DNA from: Octopus vulgaris
Lineage: Eukaryota
Assembly: GCA_951406725.2 (NCBI GenBank)
Contig: OX597815.1
Span: 66,340,001-66,404,000, forward strand
DNA length: 64,000 nucleotides
Reading direction: 5' to 3'
Part shown: piece by piece, positions 57,540 through 64,000 of the stretch
Position numbering within the stretch: position 1 is the stretch's first letter
Layout: each line of letters begins with the position of its first letter
The notes under the pieces: model-generated
The model's database searches: none
Seen by the model: the letters and a program-made list of their open reading frames with translations, nothing else
Told to the model about the DNA's origin: nothing
Program-made: the position numbers and the translations under genes

Positions 57540-58330
57540 ATTTACCAATGCTAAAATCAAAATTAAACTAGAACTATGGAGTAACACCCAAGGTGCACTA
57601 GACTGGTTCTCCAATATACAGGTAGAAAATAGATATAATCAAAATTTTTTGCAAATAGATATACAGAACTGCTACTCCTCTATTAACTCTATTGTTCTGA
57701 ACAGCACTCTTATTTTCACCAGGAAATACAGTAACCTAAGTATGAGGGAGATAAATGTTACACTCACTGCCCGTAAGACTGTTATCAAATTTGATAACAA
57801 ACTATGGGCTAGGAATGATACACTGGACCTTTTGATATCACAATGGGCTCGCCTGGCTCGGTAGAAGCAACTGACCTAGAAGACAATATAAGTAGGGAAT
57901 TCCCAGAATTAAGGGGAGGTCTATATAGGGACAACACGCTATTTTTAGTTAGGAACCATTCGAATAGATGCCTTGAATTACTAAAGAAATTACTATGTAA
58001 AGGCTTGGCCTCTCTGTAACTATAGAAAATGGAAACTATTCAATCAGCTACTTAGACATAAACTGCAAATAGTAAAAAGAGCCCTTCTACGAAATATAAG
58101 TAAAAGGATCTCAAGCCTTTCCTCAAATGAAGAGATTTTTTATAAACATAAGGATAGGTATAACATAACACTAAGAAATGCAAAATATAAAGACAAAATT
58201 AAATATTTCCCTCGAAACACTAATGGTAATAGGAATAATAATGTGGATAATAGTAGAGATAGGACTAATACTAGGAACAATAGGAATGCCTTTGACGCAA
58301 AGAAGAAGAACAACAACAACAATTATAAGG
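57540..58330 (+). mobile_element. Decayed Penelope-like reverse transcriptase fragment
   Basis: 'LWSNTQGALDWFSNI', 'FLQIDIQNCYSSI', 'ARKTVIKFDNKLW', 'FDITMGS' and 'GLYRDN' resemble the PLE RT motifs FDI..FYPSI, FDVTMGS and GLYRDD. Confidence 0.82.
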
Positions 58331-58614
58331 ATAATAATGAAATAACATATCTATAAATCCTAGCAGGAATAGGAAGAAATGGAGGTACAACAACTATAAA
58401 AGCCTTGATAAGGCAACTACTACCAGCCTCAGTAATTGTGACAACTATAATGCTACTAATGATAGGTACAATAATAACACTAGAAGTATTAGAAATATGA
58501 TGATATTGTTTGGCAGATCACTGCTAGCAATCATCCATGCTCACAACAGAAGATTCAATTCTTTCTTCTCCCACTTTGGTGCCATCTTAATTTTTTAAGC
58601 CCAGGTTGTATAAA

Positions 58615-58898
58615 ACATTAAGTCAAACCCAAAAGCCTTCTTTCATTGTGCCAAAGAAACAGCCTAGTATGCTGCAAGATAGGACCCCTCTTCCAAAAGG
58701 ATGGCTCCCTCACAGATAGTCCAACAAGGATCAGTGAGGTACTGAATGACCAGTTCAAAAGTGTCTTTACCACCCCGTTGGAACACAGACAAGTGAACGA
58801 ACCAGTGGACTTCTTTGCTGCCTCACCTATAACTAGCGAGGCAGTTACGATGGAATACATCAACATTAGTGAAGAAGATATACTTCTAGCCATAGATG
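58615..58898 (+). mobile_element. CR1-clade LINE internal fragment
   Basis: 'KSNPKAFF', 'IGPL..KDGSL', 'EVLNDQFKSVFT' and 'ISEEDILLAI'. Confidence 0.75.
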
Positions 58899-58914
58899 AG
58901 AGAGAGAGAGAGAG

Positions 58915-58991
<77 letters not shown>

Positions 58992-59151
58992 GATAGATAG
59001 ATCAAAACAGTTTGATTCACATCCATTGGTACTCCAAAGGTCTCAAGCATTATGCTAGTCTCGGCAATATTGAATTTGTTTTTATCCATACATGTAACTC
59101 CTGGAAAATGTGTTGAGTGCCCTTCTTTTGTTTGTCCACTCACTTGTGTGT

Positions 59152-59185
<34 letters not shown>

Positions 59186-59617
59186 CCACAGGAATGTTTG
59201 TGTAGTAAGAAGTTTGCTTCCCAACCATATGGTTCAGGGTTCAGTCCCACTGCATGGCACTTTACGCAGGTATCTTCTACTATAGCCTCAGGCTGACCAA
59301 GGCTTTGTGAGTGGATTTTGTAGATGGAAACTGAGAAAAGTCTATCATATATATGTGTATGTATATATCTATGTGTGTGTGTGTTTCTGTGCTTGTTTTT
59401 GTCCCCCACAACCATTTGACAACTATCACTGGTTAGTTTGGCAAACGATACCAATGAAATATGTATCAGGATTTTTAAAAAATAAGTGGCTATGCTGCCT
59501 AGTATAGGCAGAATAGCCACAGTCTAATGACTGAAACAAGTGGAAGATAAAAGTTATATGTCATAAAGAAAATTATGATGACCACAAATGTCATAACAAC
59601 AACCAAAGCTGAATGTA

Positions 59618-60862
59618 TTGGGTCATCCCATAAATAATGCGGTTTTTTTATACTTCTTTTATTTTTCAAAATTAAGATAAACAAAGTTCTTTATTAACCA
59701 AAAATATAGTCTCCTTTATTTTTTACAATGCTCTTCCATTTATATGATAGACTTGCAAGGCTTCTCTTCCAAAAAAAAGAAAAAACACTCCTCCAGTACT
59801 CTTCTGACTTCATCTACAGAATTCATATTTTTTCTGTCCAAATGATTTTGAATACTTCAGAATAATTTGGTAATCAAATGAGACAAATATGGTGGGTGGG
59901 TGGGGCATCGTTTCTCACTCAAACTGCTCCAGCCTTTGGAATGTCATCTTTATTGCATGTGACTGAGCATTATCCTAAAGGAAGAACACCTTTCATCTTA
60001 AAACCAAAGATGGTTGTTTGTCTTCTAGTACTGACTTAAGCTGCTCATGCTGCTTGGAGTAAATCTCCTTTGTTATCATTTGGCTTGTGTTTAAAAGTTT
60101 AAAGTGGACTAAACCTTACATATTCCACCAAACAGATAACAACACTTTATGTGTGTGAAGACCTTCTTTAGCCTGGGGTGCCAGTGTTTCTCTTTTCGCT
60201 ACCCACTGTCTTTGGTGCTTAACATTTTTGTAGAGAAACCATTTCTCATCACCAGTTACTTTTCAGTCCAAAAGAGGTTTATTCATGAGACATGACAGCA
60301 AAGATGAGCACAGATTCACTCTGTGTGTACAATTAGATTCAGAAAGTTTGAGGAACCTATTGACCCAATTTGCTGACTTTTCCAATGGCACACAGGTGTC
60401 AGTCAATGGTTGAATGACCAAATCCAAGCTTCACTGCTAGTTCCTCAACAGTTATGATGGGATTTTGTTCCATCAAGGTTTGTAGGACATCCTCGTCAGG
60501 CTTTACAGATCTTCCAGGATGAGGCCCATTTTCTAGGCTATAGTTTCCGGCTCAGAATTTCATTTACTGTCTGATCCCCTTATACTGTGTTAATATTCTT
60601 CGCACTTTACGTTGCATTGTTGCCTTTACTGAACTCATAAAGCAAAATATGCCTAATATGCTCCTTTGTCACTTCCATTATAGCTTTGCAAAAAATTACA
60701 GTTAAAATTGAACTGCACTCTTCAAAATCGCACTAAGAATAAGGACAAGGTGAAATAACTACCTGCTTTTATAGCAAGTTGATGCAGATAGTTTATCCTG
60801 TACCCCTCTGACTTTTAGTTCATGCAATTGAAAAAAACTGCATTATTCATAGGATGGCCCAA
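59618..60862 (-). mobile_element. Full-length (~1.25 kb) decayed mariner transposon
   Basis: TIRs ttgggtcatcccataaataatgcggtttttt and aaaaaaactgcattattcataggatggcccaa, each flanked by TA. Minus strand 'VTGDEKW' at ~60240-60260. Confidence 0.88.
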
Positions 60863-61003
60863 TATTAATGCATGAGAAGCTAAGAAAAACATGGAAGCTT
60901 TAATAAATATAAACCTGATAAATACATATATTTCATGTTAATTTATGTAACAAAGGCACATTTCCTTCTATTGTTGTATAACTAATGTATTTTTATATTT
61001 CAG

Positions 61004-61191
61004 TGGAAGATTATTACAAAGAGTATGATGTGCTGCCTTCCAGATAACACTGATAATATACTCCAAGGTAAACTAGAGCGCAATGCTAGATTGCATCCTT
61101 TTGACAGTGGTATTGGCCTGTCAGCTCACAACCCTCTTTTTCTACCAGGAAAAATTATTCACATTGTTCGCAGTCATCCTGTCATCAAACG
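61004..61191 (+). CDS. DAGLA: DAGL exon G (WKIITKSMMCCLPD...LHPFDSGIGLSAHNPLFLPGKIIHIVRSHPVIK)
   Basis: tttcAG acceptor, GTAAGC donor, 188 bp, phase 0/2. Continues 'PK|W.II' and contains 'PL..PG.IIH.V..HP'. Confidence 0.93.
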
Positions 61192-61343
61192 GTAAGCTTT
61201 CGAATTTATTTTCTTCTTTTCATGATTGGTAATTATTGATTTTAACAAAAATAGAAGCTGATTATATTTAAACAGTTATTTTCAAACATACTCTGAAATA
61301 ACACAGTATATTCATTTATAAATATTTCTTCCCCTATTACTAG

Positions 61344-61476
61344 GTCTCGATGTAAACCAAGTTCACCAGTTTATCAAGCAATCATTGCTGAAAATAGTGA
61401 CTTTGAGCAGGTGTTGGTCTCTCCTACCATGATAAATGATCATTTCCCAGATAATGTATTAGATGCTCTCAGGAAG
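61344..61476 (+). CDS. DAGLA: DAGL exon H with the catalytic His (RSRCKPSSPVYQAIIAENSDFEQVLVSPTMINDHFPDNVLDALRK)
   Basis: tAG acceptor, GTGAGT donor, 133 bp, phase 2/0. Contains 'V.SP.M..H.P'. The gene continues, and no further exon was recognised in the window. Confidence 0.92.
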
Positions 61477-63464
61477 GTGAGTTTTTAGTTTACTCTCTGA
61501 TATGAGTTTACCATGGCATTTGGGAATAATATAACAAACTCATGATAACTACCAAATACTTTGTTTCCATGAAAAAAATCATCATCCCATCGTCATTTAA
61601 TGTCCTTGTTCCATATAGGCATGGGTTACACAGTTTGGCAGGATGTGATAGGCCCAAGGACTGCATCATGCTCCAGTATCTGTTTTGACATAATTTCTAT
61701 TGCTGGATGCCTTTCCTAGTTCTAACCACTTTACAGTGTGTACTGAATGTTTTTCTATGCCACTAGCAGTAGTGAGGTCACCATGCAACTTGCAAGATGA
61801 CAATCCCTCAAGGAGACAGTTTTATGCTTGGAGAGGAAGTGCAAAAGTATGGGAGAAGGGCTCAGAGTAGGTTCCTTGCTGTAGATTAGTTACTTGGCTA
61901 CTTATATTTTAGAAGAGAGGGTTGGCGGGATCATGTAGAGCTGGAAAGATATAAAAATAGTAGTAGTGAAGTGTCTGGGTGGATCCTCAAGGTACAAGGT
62001 GGATAGAAGTGAATGGGACTGACAGAAGTGTAGTTAGGTAGAGGTTGTAGGGGAAGGGGAAGTACTTGATGGCTGTAAAGATTATGTAGGGTTGAGATAT
62101 TAACAGCAAAGTCATTTCCTGTTAATACCAGATCATCAATACTTGACATCATTGATATTTTTAATCATTTAGGTAACACTAAGCTTCCCTACACAGTATC
62201 TCCTCCAGTGCTCTCTGAAGGAGGTACTGTACCAACTTCTGTGCTACCCAACATGAACCAATGTACCTTACCCAACCTTCCACCTGATATCCCTGACCTC
62301 AAGCTTCTACATCCAACCTTCACCATCAACAGTGCTGCAAACTTACAGATAACTGGATATGCCCCTCTTCAAGCAGTGCCAATGATAAAGATTGAACTTA
62401 GCACTTCAAGTTAACAAAACACACATCAGTTATATAGTACTCTCAATGTTTATAATAAACTTGATGTTGGCATGGCTGTGTAGTTTACTTCCCAACCACA
62501 GGTATCTTCTACTATATCCCTGGGCTGACTAAAGCCTTAAGAACAGATTTAACAGATTGAAACAAAGAAACCTGTTATTGTGTAGTAGCAGCAGTAGTAG
62601 TAGTAGTAGTTGCTGCTGCTGCTGTTGTTGTTTATTAGAAAAATCAGGCTCGTGGCCTTTTAGGATTAGTGGAACTTGAAGTATAGAATTCAGTGACACA
62701 GTTCAATCATGTAATCAAAGTTTCTTTGCTTAACTTATAGTGTTGGTCATTGATTTGAGAACATGCATGTTTATAATTTAGTTCTAAAGTTGATGTACAC
62801 ACATTGTAACAATATAGAATATGGAGATTTGTTCATCCACAAAATTTACTACCTTTTATTTCATGATTTCATACAGCATATTTTCTTGGCTATTATGACC
62901 TACTCGTGTTCCCATTGCAAAGAGTATGGGCTGCTGCACATGTAACCAGGCAAAATTATGCCTTGTTGCATGTGCAACTACCCATACTCTATTTCTTTAT
63001 TACCCACAAGGGGCCAAACATAGATGGGACAAACAAGGACAGACATAGGTATTAAGTCGATTACATCGACCCCAATGCGTAACTGGTACTTAATTTATCG
63101 ACCCCAAATATTTATCAACCCATACTCTATGCAGTAGAAACACATCTAGGTCATAATAATCATGAAAATATACTGTATGAAATTGTAAAATAAAAAGGAA
63201 TTTTGAGGATGAACAAGTCTCCATATTGTATATCATTATAATTATTGCTAATATACACTCCAGATAATCTATCCAAAGAAGCAAACATGGAATTATCTAT
63301 CAGAGGAATTTACAGCATTAGTGACAACTCATAGTAGTCATAGGCGTTAAATACTAATCAATGTTGTTGGCTGTAACCTGGAACATAACTGAGAGCTACC
63401 ACTGTATCTACCTGGATAATATATCCTCTAAATTCACATTAATATATATATATATATATATTTT

Positions 63465-63558
63465 GCAGAAGTAACAGAGTAACTCAAAGTTCAAGAGTTT
63501 AGTATGTTGGCAGTGCTAATGCACAAAACTCTCAGACATTGAGTCACTCTGCTTCTGC
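63465..63558. repeat. Short imperfect inverted repeat
   Basis: gcagaag..cagagtaactcaa...gagttt versus aaactc...ttgagtcactctgcttctgc. Confidence 0.6.
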
Positions 63559-64000
63559 TAAATATTAATAAAAATATACATAAACTCATATTTTGAGTTT
63601 TATTTTTCCTGTTTGAATCAACATACCTTTATATATATATAGCAGATATCTACTAAAACAGAAACATAAAATGGACCCATAGCTGCGTCTCAGTTATGAG
63701 CGTGGAACCCTGATAATCTATTACACCATTTACTCAGTGTACCTATTCGTTCAGAGAGAGAGAGAGAAAGGCAGTGCTCCAGCATGGCCGCAGTCAAATG
63801 ACTGAAACAAGTAAAAGAAGATATAATGTCCAAAGTACATTCTTGAAGTTTTAAGACATCTTTAGGAGGGGCAGTTATAACTAACTTAGATTATTGTAAT
63901 TTTAGAATATCATTACTATACAGCTTATAAGCTGACTTTTCAGTATTCCAGATTGAAGGAGATGGCTGTAACAGCACTTCCAACACACCCTGCTAAACAC

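Overview
Eukaryotic, AT-rich, repeat-dense genomic DNA. The SINE families and abundant (TA)n suggest a cephalopod (Octopus-like), which is an inference. The window holds eight internal coding exons (+ strand, 1943-61476) of a diacylglycerol lipase (DAGL-alpha-like) gene. They include the Ser-Asp-His triad motifs GHSLG, GKDIVPR and NDHFP, and are separated by introns of up to about 22 kb. The introns carry a Ty3/Gypsy LTR element lacking RT, Tc1 and mariner transposons, a young 5'-truncated CR1-clade LINE, RTE and RLE LINE fragments, Helentron-like elements, many tRNA-SINEs and three decayed Penelope-like element (PLE) coding fragments. The most notable signal is about a dozen type I hammerhead ribozyme (HHR) motifs or remnants, from several unrelated small non-coding families. 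Several are arranged as long head-to-head palindromes with one HHR per strand. One family fuses a tRNA-derived Pol III head to an HHR and is flanked by ~12-bp target-site duplications. This looks like a PLE-mobilised, ribozyme-bearing SINE/retrozyme system inside the host pre-mRNA. All folds were inferred by eye and no searches were run.
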